Below are positions 14,373 through 27,720 of a stretch of DNA of 64,000 nucleotides, piece after piece (position 1 is the stretch's first letter; each line of letters begins with the position of its first letter). Below the pieces are notes generated by a model. That model saw only the letters and a list, made by a program, of their open reading frames with translations, had not been told where the DNA came from and did no database searches. This DNA is from the human T2T-CHM13v2.0 reference genome, Homo sapiens. The stretch lies in NCBI GenBank assembly GCA_009914755.4, contig CP068257.2:23040001-23104000 (forward strand), read 5' to 3'. A program made the translations under genes and the position numbers.

Positions 14373-16214
14373 TATACAGAGACATGGACTCTGTATGACT
14401 TTAATTTACAGTATAATTTCACCCCCTCCAAAACCACAATATTTTTGGTTTTATTCTAATAATCAGTAAAACTATTCAGCAGGCAAATATATTTATTTTT
14501 TCCATGAAGAAAACTATATAGAAGTATAATATGGGAATAATTGTCCTACAAAGTCCCAAAAAGAGGCCATTCGATTGTCCTCTCCTGAAAAGGATTTAAA
14601 TGAGCGTTAGCATCTTTATAAACCAAAGCAATTAGTATCCGTGCGGTTTTGTCCTTTCCTCAATATGTGATTAAAGCTAGATTTATATGCTTTCAGCTGG
14701 CCACATTTCTTAGTCAAATGAAATTTTTCATGTAAATGATTCTCCAACTTGAATTGGACCCACTCAAAAAAAAATTCTTGTCAGAAATGCAAATTGAACA
14801 GCGTCTTAAACAGAAGCACTATCTTGGGAAAAAAAACTCAGAATGTATATTGAAATCTAAATGGCCGCCTCTTTTTACAGATAAGCTCATTCAAATGTCA
14901 TTCAAATGTCTTTCAAAAACTGTTGCTTTATCTGTGAAAAAAGATACCTGTGCTAGCTGGTTAGCACTGGAGTTTTCCTAATGTTTTGCTCTGTCAATAT
15001 TTCCTTATCAACAAATGAACTCATGCGATGGTAGATGCAGAATTGAAATACTGCAGTGATTATGCGTTAACATCTAGTATAGTTTTATTTTTCTAATTTT
15101 AGCTTCAGTAAAGTAACGACACATCTAATTTTTTTAATATTTGACTCAAAATAAAAGGATCTGAGTTCAGGAATTATTGTCCAAAAAAAAAGATTGTCCT
15201 AAAACTAACATGACATAATGGGAACAGCAGTGGCCAGGAAGTAGAGACCTATAGATTCTTTTTCCATAAATGAGCTTTGTGGTCTTGAGACTGGCACCCT
15301 AATATCTCACGACGGCAGTGAAACTTGTTAAATAAGAAGAAACTGAATGGAAGAGTGTAAATTTAATAGCAAGGTTTTCTGGTTTTGGCACTTATTATAA
15401 CACCTTTTAAATATAAGAACTTGGAGGAAGAATCTTAAAGTCTCTCAGCCATTTTATATAATTAGGCAAAGATACACAGTTGAAATAGACAAATCTGACC
15501 CATTTTTTTCACAGGTCAAGACGTTATACACTATTTCTACATCAAATGTTCTAGACAGAACACCCGTTAGGAACAAGCAGGGAGAAACTATTTCTAGGCA
15601 TTTTAAAGGTCCTGGTTTAATCTGTGGAATAAGATAAAGGCCCTAGTTGCACAGTCCAGGAGATGGCCCTAGCCTTGCCAGGGAAACCTTGCAGGTCAGC
15701 ACTAATATTCCCTGAGATGTAATCAGGGTTGGGAATAAGAAATCGCCCTAGTGCCTTACCCAGTTAAATATTACCTGAAGCCCAAGGTTGGAGTTACTGT
15801 TACAATAAACAAGCAAAGAAATAGATAAAGCCGGAGAAAGTGAAAGAAAACAAGTTTAAAGGGATGCGATGATATTTTTTCCTCAGAGAGTTTATTCCCA
15901 TAAAACCTACATTTCCAGGTATGACAAAGTAAATTAAACAGTGAAAAAAATTAAAAAAAAAAAGGTCTTTCTCTAAAACTTTGTGGCAAAGCTATAAAAC
16001 AACTTTAGGCTTAAGATTTCTTGCAGCTAAACCTGATGAGAGAGAGACATCGGTCAAGGTGAACACTCTTATTCTGTCTCCACTGGGAATCTGAGTGAGA
16101 TAGTCAACTCATCAGGATAAAAATCAGCAACCAGCAATAGGATGGGATGATTTTATAAAAAGCTTAGTTCGTTAAGGAAAGCAAACACATTTCTTGCTGT
16201 TATTTTCTTCTTGT

Positions 16215-17482
16215 TTTAAATTATTATACTTTAAGTTCTGGGGTACGTGTGCAGAACGTGCAGGTTTGTTACATAGGTATACGCGTGCCATGGTAATTTG
16301 CTGCAACCATCAACCCGCCACCTACATTACGTATTTCTCCTAGTGCTATCCCTCCCCTTGCCCCCAACCCCCAGACAGGCCCCAGTGTGTGATGTTCCCC
16401 TCCCTGTGCCCATATGTTCTCATTGTTCAACTCCCACTTATGAGTGAGAACACGCGGTGTTTGGTTTTCTGTTCCTATATCAGTTTGCTGAAAATGATGG
16501 TTTCCAGCTTCAACTATGTCCCTGCAAAGGACATGAACTCATTCTTTTCTATGGCTGCATAGTATTCCATGGTATATATGTGCCACATTTTCTTTATCCA
16601 GTCTATCATTGATGGGCATTTGGGTTTGCTCCCAGTCTTTGCGATTGTAAATAGTGCTGCAATAAACATATGTGTGCATGTGTCTTTATAGTAGAATGAT
16701 TTATAATCCTTTGGGTATATACCTAGTAATGGGATTGCTGGGTCAAATGGTATTTCTGGTTCTGGATCTTGAGGAATCACCACACTGTCTTCCACAATGG
16801 TTGAACTAGTTTACAGTCCCACCAACAGTGTAAAAGTGTGCCTATTTCTCCACATCCTCTCCAGCGTCTGTTGTTTCCTGACTTTTTGATGATTGCCATT
16901 CTAACTGGCGTGAGATGTTATGTCATTTTGGTTTTGATTTGCATTTCTCAAATGACCAATGATGATGAGCTTTTTTCATGTTTGTTGGCCACATAAATGT
17001 CTTGTTTTGAAAAATGTCTGCTTAGATCCTTCACCTAATTTTTGATGGGGTTGTTTGTTTCTTTCTTGTAAATTTGTTTAAGTTCCTTGTAGATTCTGGA
17101 TATTAGTACTTTGTCAGATGGATACATTGCAAAAATTTTCTCCCATTCTGTAAGTGGCCTGGTCACTCTGATGCTAGTTTCTTTTGCTGTGCAGAAGCTC
17201 TTTACTTCAATTAGATCCCATTTGTCAATTTTGGCTTTTGTTGCCATTGCTTTTGGTGTTTTAGTCATGAAGTCTTTGCCCATGCCTATGTCCTGAATGG
17301 TATTGCCTAGGTTTTCTTCTAGGGTTTTTATGGTTTTAGGTCTCACGTTTAAGTCTTTAATCCATCTTCAGTTAATCTTTGTATAAGGTGCAAGGAAGGG
17401 ATCCAGTTTCAGTTTTCTGTATATGGCTAACCCGTTTTCCCAATAGTATTTATTAAATAGGGAATCCTATCCCCATTGCTTG
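16215..17482 (-). mobile_element. L1PA-type element, 3' portion (3' UTR plus ORF2 C-terminal third)
   Basis: Begins with the reverse-complemented L1PA 3' end ttattatactttaagttctggggtacgtgtgcagaacgtgcaggtttgttacataggtat. The antisense ORF gives ...EIPFDPAIPLLGIYPKDYKSFYYKDTCTHMFIAALFTIAKT...MIDWIKKMWHIYTMEYYAAIEKNEFMSFAGT and [57 protein letters not shown]. Confidence 0.92.
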
Positions 17483-17963
17483 TGCAAAATTACCAGCCAG
17501 CATCATAATGACAGGATCAAATTCATACATAACACTATTAACCTTAAATGTAAATAGTCTAAATGCCTCAGTTAAAATATACAGACTGACAAATTGGATA
17601 AAGAGTCAAGACCCATTGGTGTGCTGAATTCAGGAGACCCATCTCACGTGCAAAGACACATGGAGAAATATTTACCAAGCAAATGGAGAGCAAAAACATA
17701 ACAAAAAAAGAGAGCAGTTGCAATCCTAGTCTTTGATAAAACAGGCTTTAAACCAACAAAGATCAAAAGAGACAAGGAAGACCATTACATAATGGTAAAG
17801 GGATCAATGCAAGAAGAAGAGCTAACTATCCTAAATATAGATGCACCCATTACAGGAGCACCCAGATTCATCAAGCAAGTTCTTAGAAACCTACAAAGAG
17901 AGTTAGACTCCCACACAATAATAGTGGGAGACTTTGATACCCACTGTCAATATTAGATCAATT
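17483..17963 (+). mobile_element. Plus-strand segment of the same L1: start of ORF2 (endonuclease domain)
   Basis: Plus-strand atgacaggatcaaattcatacataacactattaaccttaaatgtaaat translates to MTGSNSYITLLTLNVNSLNASVKIYRLTNWIKSQDPLVC..., the ORF2 start. It abuts the minus-oriented 3' portion in the arrangement that twin priming produces. The two segments are not contiguous in L1 coordinates, because the ORF2 interior is absent. Confidence 0.85.
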
Positions 17964-18585
17964 TGCTGTTATTGTCTATCTTTGCTACCACTGGGCAATT
18001 TTCTTTTTTTCAGAAATAGAAATTAGAAAGCAGTAACTCTTTCCACAGAGATTATGCTCAGTTCTAGGTCATGTGTCTTTTGACCCTTTTGCCTAACATA
18101 AGAAGTCTGTTTTAATGCACTGGAGATCAAGTTTTCACAAAACAACATTGTGATTTCACAAATGCTTTACTAGAAAGCTAAAAATGAAGCAGTGTGATGG
18201 TATTTTATTTTAGATCAATTCATGCAAGCATAACCTTACATGGTAGACTAAAGCTTCATGAAGTCTAGTTTGATTTCTATAACCTGGATATTTAGAGCTG
18301 CTGATTTATGAAGACTAGTTAGAAACCTGAATTTTAGTTATTTTCCCCTCAGGCATTTTGTGATGTACTTGTTTCATGCAGTTGACGTTCCTTGCTTTGA
18401 GAAGCACAGAAATAAATACCAATCAGTCAAACAGATAACCCTGGAAAAATGATATAGATATTTCTCACACAGAGAACAGTGGCAATTGGGTTTCTGCCCA
18501 TTACTGTGTCACAGGTTTTCTGAAATGACTTCCTATGCTGCTCTCCCACCAATGACATTTATAATGGTCTCTATTCTTTCTGAAG

Positions 18586-18638
18586 GAAGACGCCTGGAGG
18601 ATGTGAGTCCTTTGATTCGAAGAAGCTCACAGTACTCT
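18586..18638 (+). other. Exon-like 53-nt segment (speculative)
   Basis: The acceptor-like sequence tctctattctttctgaag precedes GAAGACGCCTGGAGGATGTGAGTCCTTTGATTCGAAGAAGCTCACAGTACTCT, which is followed by the donor-like gtaagat. Two of its three frames are open and it retains 2 CpG. Confidence 0.12.
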
Positions 18639-18934
18639 GTAAGATTCTAATTATAAATACAAAACATTAAAATGTTTTGCCCATTATTTTCCACTATTTT
18701 CACTCCTGTTTATTGAAAACTAATGAGATAATGCGTTTTCAAAGCACACTTAAATTATTGAACTTTAAAATACAGTAACCAAATTATCATACTCCTAAAG
18801 CAATTTTCAATCTTTTTAAAGTATAAAATAGTACCTGAAAAGAGCATAACACTTTTTTAAATTTAATTTTTATTTATAATTAGCACACGGTATTGTACAT
18901 ATTCATAGGGTACAATATGATGGTTCAATGCATG

Positions 18935-19262
18935 TATAGATAGTGTAATGGAATCCAGCCATTCTATTACTGGGTATATCCAAAGGAAATGAAATTGGTA
19001 GGTCTAGCAGACATCTGCACACCCATGTTTATTGCAGCACAATTCACAATAACCCATATATTGTATAAACCTAAATGCCCATCTAATGATGAATGGATTA
19101 AGAAAATGTCATACATATACACAATGAAATACGATTCATCTACAAAATAGATTGAAATCCTGTCATTTGCAGCAACATGGGTAAATCTGGAGGACACGAA
19201 ATAAGCCAGGCACAAAAAGACAAACACTGTATCATCTCACTCATATGTTGAATATAACCTGT
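18935..19262 (+). mobile_element. Old L1 ORF2 C-terminal fragment
   Basis: Translates to PAIPLLGIYPKEMK...TPMFIAAQFTI...KCPSNDEWIKKMSYIYTM. The six-frame ORF listed on the minus strand here is the antisense of this fragment. Confidence 0.8.
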
Positions 19263-19523
19263 TACTTCTTAGGCAATAAATAAATGGAGATTTTTTTTTT
19301 TTACTTACAGCTTTGATAGAGCATCAATGTTGAGCCATTGAAAAATCTGATGGAGCAGAAAGTTTAATACTAAATCTAACCTCTGGCAGATATTTAGGAC
19401 AAAACACCCAGGGTTCTCGAGTTACTTTGGTCTCATAGTGGAATTATAGAGATTATTCTACGTTCTTGAAAAAGGGATTTCAGATGTCATTTTTCCTTTC
19501 TTTGTCTGATATAGAAAGTTATA

Positions 19524-19832
<309 letters not shown>

Positions 19833-22002
19833 AATTATATAGGTGGCTAAACTGTCTCATCCTGCTCAACTTATTGATTAAATCCTCCTCATCCTGATTT
19901 TATACTTCAGCTGTCAGTCAAGTTGGGAATCACATGGTTATTCTTTCACTCTACCATGCTCATGATGACTATGTGATTACTGGGTCATTTTGTCAGGGAA
20001 ATTACAATCAGTAAGGGACAAGGATTCATCTTAAATAAACTCTTACATTATTATTTCAGATATTGGTAATAAGCATTTTAAATCTGGTCATTTTGTGTTT
20101 GTGTGTGTACCATCCCCTAATATAATAGATTTCTATTCTAATTATATAGTTAGGTATAATTTTGACAGTGTTCACCATAAAAATATATTTTTAGGTATTT
20201 TTAACTAAAATATTTATATGAATACTGTTACAGCTGGAGGAATCAGGGATAAATCACTTAAATTCTACAAGAAATATATAGGCTTAAAGAATAGAAAGTG
20301 GGGATAATGAAGACTACTTCGTGGCTCCTTCCAACTCCAAACAAATGTTTATAAATACATTATCATAATATATTATAAACATCATATATGACATTATAAA
20401 TAAAATGCACATTAAATAAACATATATATACAGTATACAATACATAATAAAACACAAAATTATGTGTGTCATATATATTTATAATTCTTGATAGGACTGT
20501 GAATTTTGAGGAGCTAAATTAGTGAGTTGAGGATTGTAGGCTATGAAAGGACCCACTCTACGCAGAATAACAAAACATACATTTGAGAGGCCTTGAAAAT
20601 GTTTAATTTTTATGGAATGATATTATAGTGGATTGCTCAGACTCAGAAACTGATGTGATGGGAACTTGCCCAATTATATCTAAAAAGGATAAAGAAAATT
20701 AAAGGACAAGTGTAAGACCTCTAGAAGAGATATTTTATAGTCTTCTTATGGCAGAAGTGGTATTAAATGCCAAAGAATGACTGATCTTTTGAAACTTTTG
20801 TCATTTTTTACAATTATCACTTTTAAATAAAAATTTTATAACAAAACATTTTGAACTTGACTTTGAGGAAGACAAAGTTTGTCAAAAGGCCATATATTTT
20901 GCAATTTATTTTCAATCCATGACATAAAAACATAAAACAACTACTGTGATATTAAGTAAATTTAAGGAGAATCTTGGTGATTGTAGGTGAATATGATTCA
21001 AAATATTTAAGCCACATGTCTTCAAAAGATTATAAAATAAAAGATTTAATAAATTAATAAAGTATTAAGTAAATCAAATTCAAACAAGAACATGATTTCA
21101 GTTTTTTTCTGTAATAAGACAAATTAGAATTGATTAGTGTATTTTGTTGGATGTTTATTTAGCAGGTATCAGAGTATTGGAGGAGAACTAATATCACCCA
21201 GTCCCCAAATAAATATTTTTCTATACTAAGTGTGAGATTAGCTTATCTCTCTGTTACTAATGGAATAGATAACTAGAGGTTCCTATTTCATCAAGCATGT
21301 GTAAGAAAGAGAAATCAGAAAAATAAATTCTCCAATGTTTTTATTACTGAAGTAAAACAAGTTTATATTTAACAACAGCATAATCACAGCAGAAACTATG
21401 CCAAATGCATTTTACTTTGGACACATTGTAATTTTCTATATCCTCACTGGATGAAATCATACTCATCGTTGCTTTTTTGAAACCCCATATGTTGAACTTG
21501 CATATGATGATTCAATATTGAACACACATTTCTTCATAATATATAAATATGATTTCAATATTTTGAAGAAAACACATTTTTTTATTATTTGCATTTGTCC
21601 AATGAGCTGGATACTTGGCATTTGACAAATGTGAAAACTCTATTAAGAAAAGGTAGTAAGCGTGTGTGCCAACAACACACAAAATTATTTATTTAGAACT
21701 GAATATATGTTAGTCACTGTACCAAATACTTTATGGTTTCTCATTAATCTTCAGGCAATTACATGGTGTACTGCAAAACCCATTCTGCTCAACTAGCACT
21801 AACAAACTTGAATTCAGATTAACTATGAGACTAAGCACATCAACACAATAGGCTTATCCCACCACCATATTTGCTTAGACTCATGAGAGATATAGGTCAG
21901 TCAAGAACACAGCAGAGTAAGAGCTCAGGATTTACGAATCCAGTTTCAGATTCCCCAGTCACTCCTAATTTGGGATCTGTGTGATCACCAGAAAATTGTG
22001 CA

Positions 22003-22041
22003 CGTGTACCCTAAAACTTAAAGTATAATAATAAAAAAAAA
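22003..22041 (+). mobile_element. Extremely 5'-truncated L1 insertion (about 30 bp of L1PA 3' end plus poly-A)
   Basis: The sequence ttgtgcacgtgtaccctaaaacttaaagtataataat followed by a9 matches the terminal nucleotides of the L1PA 3' UTR. Both flanks carry ccagaa, a short candidate TSD. Confidence 0.55.
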
Positions 22042-24937
22042 GTAGCCAGAATGGGCATGGGTGAAATAGAGTAGTCATCCTTTCTAAGACTTTGCTGCTT
22101 TCAAAAATACCTAATCACTTAGTTCTCCCACTGGTACCAGGCCAGTTCTTATTTTCTAGGGCAGGTGCAGCTCAACAATAGAATCTTGCAATGAAGTGCT
22201 GGTATTTGATCCTAAACATAGTAGCATAAGCTGGATTCTTATTTATTTTGGGTCAGATATGATGATGTTCTTATAGAATACATTCTGTAAATAAAAATAT
22301 AATAATATGCAATGCAGATGTTACAGAAATATTAAAGCAGTGTTTAGCTTACCAAATATCAGTAAATATCATTTTGTCAACCATGACAAGAAAAACAGCC
22401 TTTTCCAGGTACCCTAAAGGAAGATAGCAAGTATATATTGCAGTCCTTCCAATGCAAAAGGAAATTAAGTTTCTTCCTCCAAACATAGGAATGGGAATAG
22501 AAAGCATGAATCAAGTTGTTTTAATCACCTCGTATTGGAACTGTTGCGGAGTGGGGCTCCTACCCTGGGGTTTTGGTGAGAGCAGAACACATGACCACAT
22601 AACTCTGGACAGGTAGGTTGACAGCAGTTTATTAGGCACTAATAACTCACAGCCTTCTGGAGGAGGATGCCACATGCATGCAGGGCCACAGAGGACTTGT
22701 GCCCAGGAATAGAATAACAACCAGGGGTTGTGAGAGGCAGGCTTTGCAGAATCAAGAGACTGAGATTTCCTCTGGTTTCTGCAGGAGAATGTGAAGAGCT
22801 TGCTTTAGTGACACTGTGGGCTGACAGGGAGCCAAAAACTGCTACTTGGCAATAAGCTGGAACTGTGCCTGATTGCCCTGGTGAGGAGAGTCGTTTGGCT
22901 AGAAGACCTTATCCATGGAAGCAGAGTGGAGAGGGAAACTTGTGGTTAAGCTATCCTAGGCCCTTCCAATTTTACCAGATGTCAACACAGCACATGTATT
23001 GAGCTTTCCTTTTAGGCCATACGTCACACAAGTTTATGATGGCACATCTGTCCCATAATCCCACTGGACATCATAAACAGCTCTCACCATAAGTGGCACA
23101 ACAGAGGCTATTGGTGGAACCAGATTATTCAAGTCATAATAATCAAGTTAGCATCCAGGATCCATCTGCTTTTCTCGTAAGCGAAGCATGGTTGCTGGCA
23201 ATTAATTTTCCTCATTGAATCATTAGTTTTATTAATAATGTTTGATATTTGTTATGGAAGAGATTTGGGGGTATTCTATAGCTTTCTATTACACATGATC
23301 AATTAAAATTGGCAAAAGACATAAGTATTCACTGTCTAACCATAGGTCAGCTATAGCAAAATCCTCTATTCTGATATCTATTTCAATTATGAATCTATGT
23401 ACAGATATTTTTCTGATTTTCTAAATTTTCCTTTCATCGTAGCTATTACTTTCTACCACACAATTACCACACCTTGCATTTTGACTTTCAGCCCTCTATT
23501 AGTACTTCATGTCCTTCTACAGACATTGCAGGTCATCATGTCCCAGTTTCTGATTCTCCCATCAGGCTGTATTACCTTCCTTATACCATTCAGTTGCATT
23601 CGTTTTAGAAGCTTTGGCTCCTCTGCTGAAAATCAGCAATTATATTCTCCAACTTCTGCTTAAAATATATATATATTTATATATTTTAATTGTCAAATAA
23701 AAATTGTGTGTCTTTATGGTATACAGCATGATGTTTTGATATATGTATACATTGTGGAATGGTTAAATCCAACTTCTATTTTTAACATGATCTCCAGAAA
23801 TTTTCAACAGAACTTTCCCTACAACTAACCAAGAATAATTTATTTAATATCCTTGCATCACAATTTTGTCCGAACTGCTCTCTCCAAGCTTTCTCTTATG
23901 CAAAATTGCCTTTGACATATTGATATGAGGATGTGGCGGTCACTCCTGCTTCTAACACCCCTGTGCAATAGGCTCTTCACTCTACAAGCATCAGTGGTCT
24001 TTAGTTAAAACTGACAAACTAAACAAAACATGCTTCATCTAGTATCAATTTTTTTATTTATTTATCTTATGAAAGCATGTAGACTAGGAAGAAAAATGCG
24101 CTATCCATAACAACAGTGTATTGTAATTTCTGTAATTTTCAAACAAAGTTTCCAAATGTTCCCAAATTACTAAGGTTGGGACACACATCATCAAGAGGGA
24201 AACTGAGTGGGCTCCCAGAGATCAACACAGAGAACTCAAGAGACATTTTGGTTTTTGAACCTCACTAGTTATGAAGTCTTTCAGGAATACTGACTATCTC
24301 CTATTTTCTGATGCAGATGTATATTATTAATATGAGTGATATATCATCTGATTAATACAATTTGCAACAATGAGCACATGTTTATAGTAACCTAGACCAG
24401 ATTCTTACTTATCTTAGATCCCTTAATTAAGAGTTGAAAGAAATGTGTTATCAAGGACCTAATTTTTAGGCATCGCTAAGAAGAAACATAAAAGTATCAG
24501 AAATATTTGTTAGTCACTTCCCTCCTATAATTTGTTTGGCAGTTTTTAATCTTATTTTTGTTGCTTAAGAATTTCCTAAAATAAAATTAAATATACATAT
24601 ATGTTTTCCCTGAATAATTCTGTCTGAAACTCAATAAAATCTTTCAATCTGCTATTCAAATCTATTATTCACCCAAAAACCAATCAGAAAACACATCTGG
24701 TACTTTTTTGTACTCATTGCCTCTTCCCATCTGACTTATTTTCTTTCTTGATCTTTCAATACTCACATATTAGATCTATAATACCACTTGTTTTCCAATT
24801 ATTTCCTCTACACCATTGCCTCTTTTTGTATTTTTACTTCAAATTATTTCTTTTGTTTGGTTTTCATCTCTTTATTCAGATCTCAACACTGGCCATTTCC
24901 TTAGTTCATCTACAAAAATCTCCTTCCATGATTTATT

Positions 24938-25228
24938 TATTTATTTATTTATTTTTAGAGCTGGAGCCTTGCTCTGTTGCCCAGGCTGGGGTATAATAGT
25001 GTGATCTCGGCTCACTGCAACCTCCACTTCTGGGGTTCAAGCAATTCTCCCGCCTCAGCTTCCCAAGTAGCTAGGACTGCAGGCGCACACCACCACATCT
25101 GGCTAATTTTTGTACTTTTAGTAGAGATGGGGTTTTAACCATGTTGGCCAGGCTGGTCTCAAGCTCCTGACCTCGTGATCCACCCACTTCAGCCTCCCAA
25201 AGTGCTGGGAGTACAGCTGTGAGCCACT
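24938..25228 (-). mobile_element. Alu with TSD
   Basis: A (ttta)n tail is followed by gagctggagccttgctctgttgcccaggctgg and the body runs through gtgctgggagtacagctgtgagccactgcacctggcc. The TSD is tccttccatgatttatt at 24921-24937 and ttcctttcatgatttatt at 25229-25246. Confidence 0.95.
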
Positions 25229-26574
25229 GCACCTGGCCTTCCTTTCATGATTTATTAACCTACGCTTGATGAAATTGATCTGTTACTTCAAGGAAAGCTC
25301 AAATAGTCAGCATCTGCCTGTAATTGTGAGAGACCTAATTCTGAAGTCTGTAATTCAGGATCTTTCCAGAGCCTCCCGTAGAGCTTGTTGCTACATCTCC
25401 CCAGGTTCCCCTCTGGCCCAGAGAAGATAGTTTCTGCACTGATCTTCTTTTTCAAAGCTTTTCCTTATCACTAAACTCAATGAAACAGTCATCTGGCTTC
25501 AGAGACTTCCTCTGTTTCATGCAGAAAAGTGATTATTAAGTGATGTGTGCCTTAAAGAGAATTTTATATCTCTCCTTTTATTTACAAAGTATAAGAACAG
25601 TGATAGATGTTGTTTGTTATTGTTGCCTTTTTGTAATTTACATCCTTGGGCCTTTTATTTTCTCTCCTTAAACATCATGTATTTACATCAAGTAAAACCA
25701 GGCACCAACCTTGAGACAGTATTGTAACATAATATTTAATATTTAATTTAGGGAATATGAAAAGAATCTCCACCAAAATCTCAGTCACTAGTTGACCTAA
25801 TGGACACAATTATCTTAAGAAGCTAACTTGATCAATTATTTAACCATATCACTCTTTTTATAGATAGCTGAGGTATGGCATTTTAATAATTAATCAGGAA
25901 GGATACATATAATTTAATATCTATTTTGGAAAAAGCTTTCATATGGGTCTAAAGATCATTAAGCAATAAAATTTAAGTTGAGTTGGTACAACATAAATAC
26001 ATATACATGCTTCAAAGAAGATGGGTGAATTTTTACAGTACAGTGAAAAGAGGAACTGGATTAAGGAATAGTTAATAAGTTTTTCTGCTGAAGAAAGTTA
26101 TTTGGTTCCTATACCCAGAATACCCCATATCTTTATCTTTCATGAAGGCATTTCATCTCTTACTGACAAATCCCAAAGCAACATGTTACGTTCCCATCAA
26201 ATTAAAGCGAAGACCAGAGCTTCATTGACTCAAGAGAGAATCTGTACCTGATCAATGAACTGTCATTTGTATCTTCTAGAGCATATTAAAAGAAAATAAG
26301 GATTCCAACGTGTGACATTTCATAGATTTGTGCTTTTTGTTATAATGTATGTAGATTTCATGAGTTGTATGTACATTGTTTAACATATGCTTTGGAACAT
26401 TGCATTAATTCTGAAATTTAAAATCAGAAGACATGGCAATGGATAAAACATTTATATGCCTTTATATCATGAAGATACAGTTCCAGCTTTGTAATTTGGG
26501 TGACAAATGAGTAATAACTTTTTAAGTCAGTAAAAATATTTCATCTCTTTAGTCGGTGTCTGTGAAACAGAGTG

Positions 26575-26648
26575 ATAGAGAGAGAGAGAGAGATACAGAG
26601 AGAAAGAGAGAGAGAGAGACAGGGGCAGGGAGAGAGAGGGAGTGAGTC
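26575..26648. repeat. (GA)n microsatellite, imperfect
   Basis: Direct reading shows agagagagagagagatacagagagaaagagagagagagagac.... Confidence 0.9.
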
Positions 26649-27004
26649 ATGTGTTGCTATATAAGCTATATAACTTACTGTTTCATATATACCAGCTGGG
26701 TTTCTCATAACTACCAGTAGCTTCCATGGAAATTTCTTTTATAGGTTAGTGATATCAGACCACTGCAGTATAACAGTTTTCACTCCCAAATTATTACATG
26801 ACACACTAGAATTTTCACTGGTAGATGTTATAATTTAAGTCAGTATTGATTGTTCTATCCTTTTAAAGATCAGTTTCTTTTTCAATTTTTATTACAGGTT
26901 CAGGCAGGACATGTGCAAATTTGTTACAAAAGTATATTGTGTGATGCTGAGGTTTAAAGGACAAATGAATCTATCTCCTAGGTAGTGAGCATAGGTAATT
27001 TTTT

Positions 27005-27720
27005 AGTTCTTTCTTCTCTCATTCTCTCCCCACTCTTGTATTCCCCAGTGTCTATTGTTCTCATCTTTATGTCCATGTATACTCAGTGTTTAGCTCTCAC
27101 TTATAAATGAGAACATACAGTATTTGCTTTTCTGTTTCTGCATTAGTTTATTTAGGATAACAGAATCAAGCTGCTGCAAAAGCTGATTATATTCTTTTTT
27201 ATGGCCGCATAGTATTCCACGATATATGAACTACTTTTTCTTTATCCAGTCCAGAGTTGATGGGCACCTGGGTTGATTCCATGTCTTTGCTATTGTGAAT
27301 AGTGCTGTGATGAATCTACAGATGCATGTGTCTTGTTGGTAGAACAACTAATTTTCCTTTAGGGATATACTCAGTAATGGAATTGCTGGATGGAATGGTA
27401 GTTCGACTCTTTGTTCTATGAGAAGTCTCCAAAGTGCTCTGCACAATAGTTGGACTAATTTACATTTCTTCTGACAGTGTATGTGTTCTCCTTTCTCTGT
27501 AGCCTCACCAGCATCTGTTGTTTTTAAACTTTTTAACAAAGGCCATTATGACTGTTGTGAGATGGTATCTCATTGTGGTTTTGATTTGCATTTCTCTAAT
27601 GATTAGTAATAATCATCTTTTTTATGTTTATTGGCAGCTTGCATGTCTTCTTTTCAGAAGTGTCTGTTCATGTTCTCTGCTCACTTTTTAATGGAGCTGT
27701 TTTTTGCTTGTTAAGTTCCA
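27005..27720 (-). mobile_element. L1 (L1PB/older L1PA-like), 3' portion (ORF2 C-terminus plus part of 3' UTR)
   Basis: The antisense reading gives ...[19 protein letters not shown].. and ...IPSSNSITEYIPKGK..DMESTQVP..HISWNTM..YYAAIKKNIISFAAAWMELEAII. The 3' UTR motif ccccagtgtctattgttctcatctttatgtccatgtatactcagtgtttagctctcacttataaatgagaacat is present. Confidence 0.9.
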
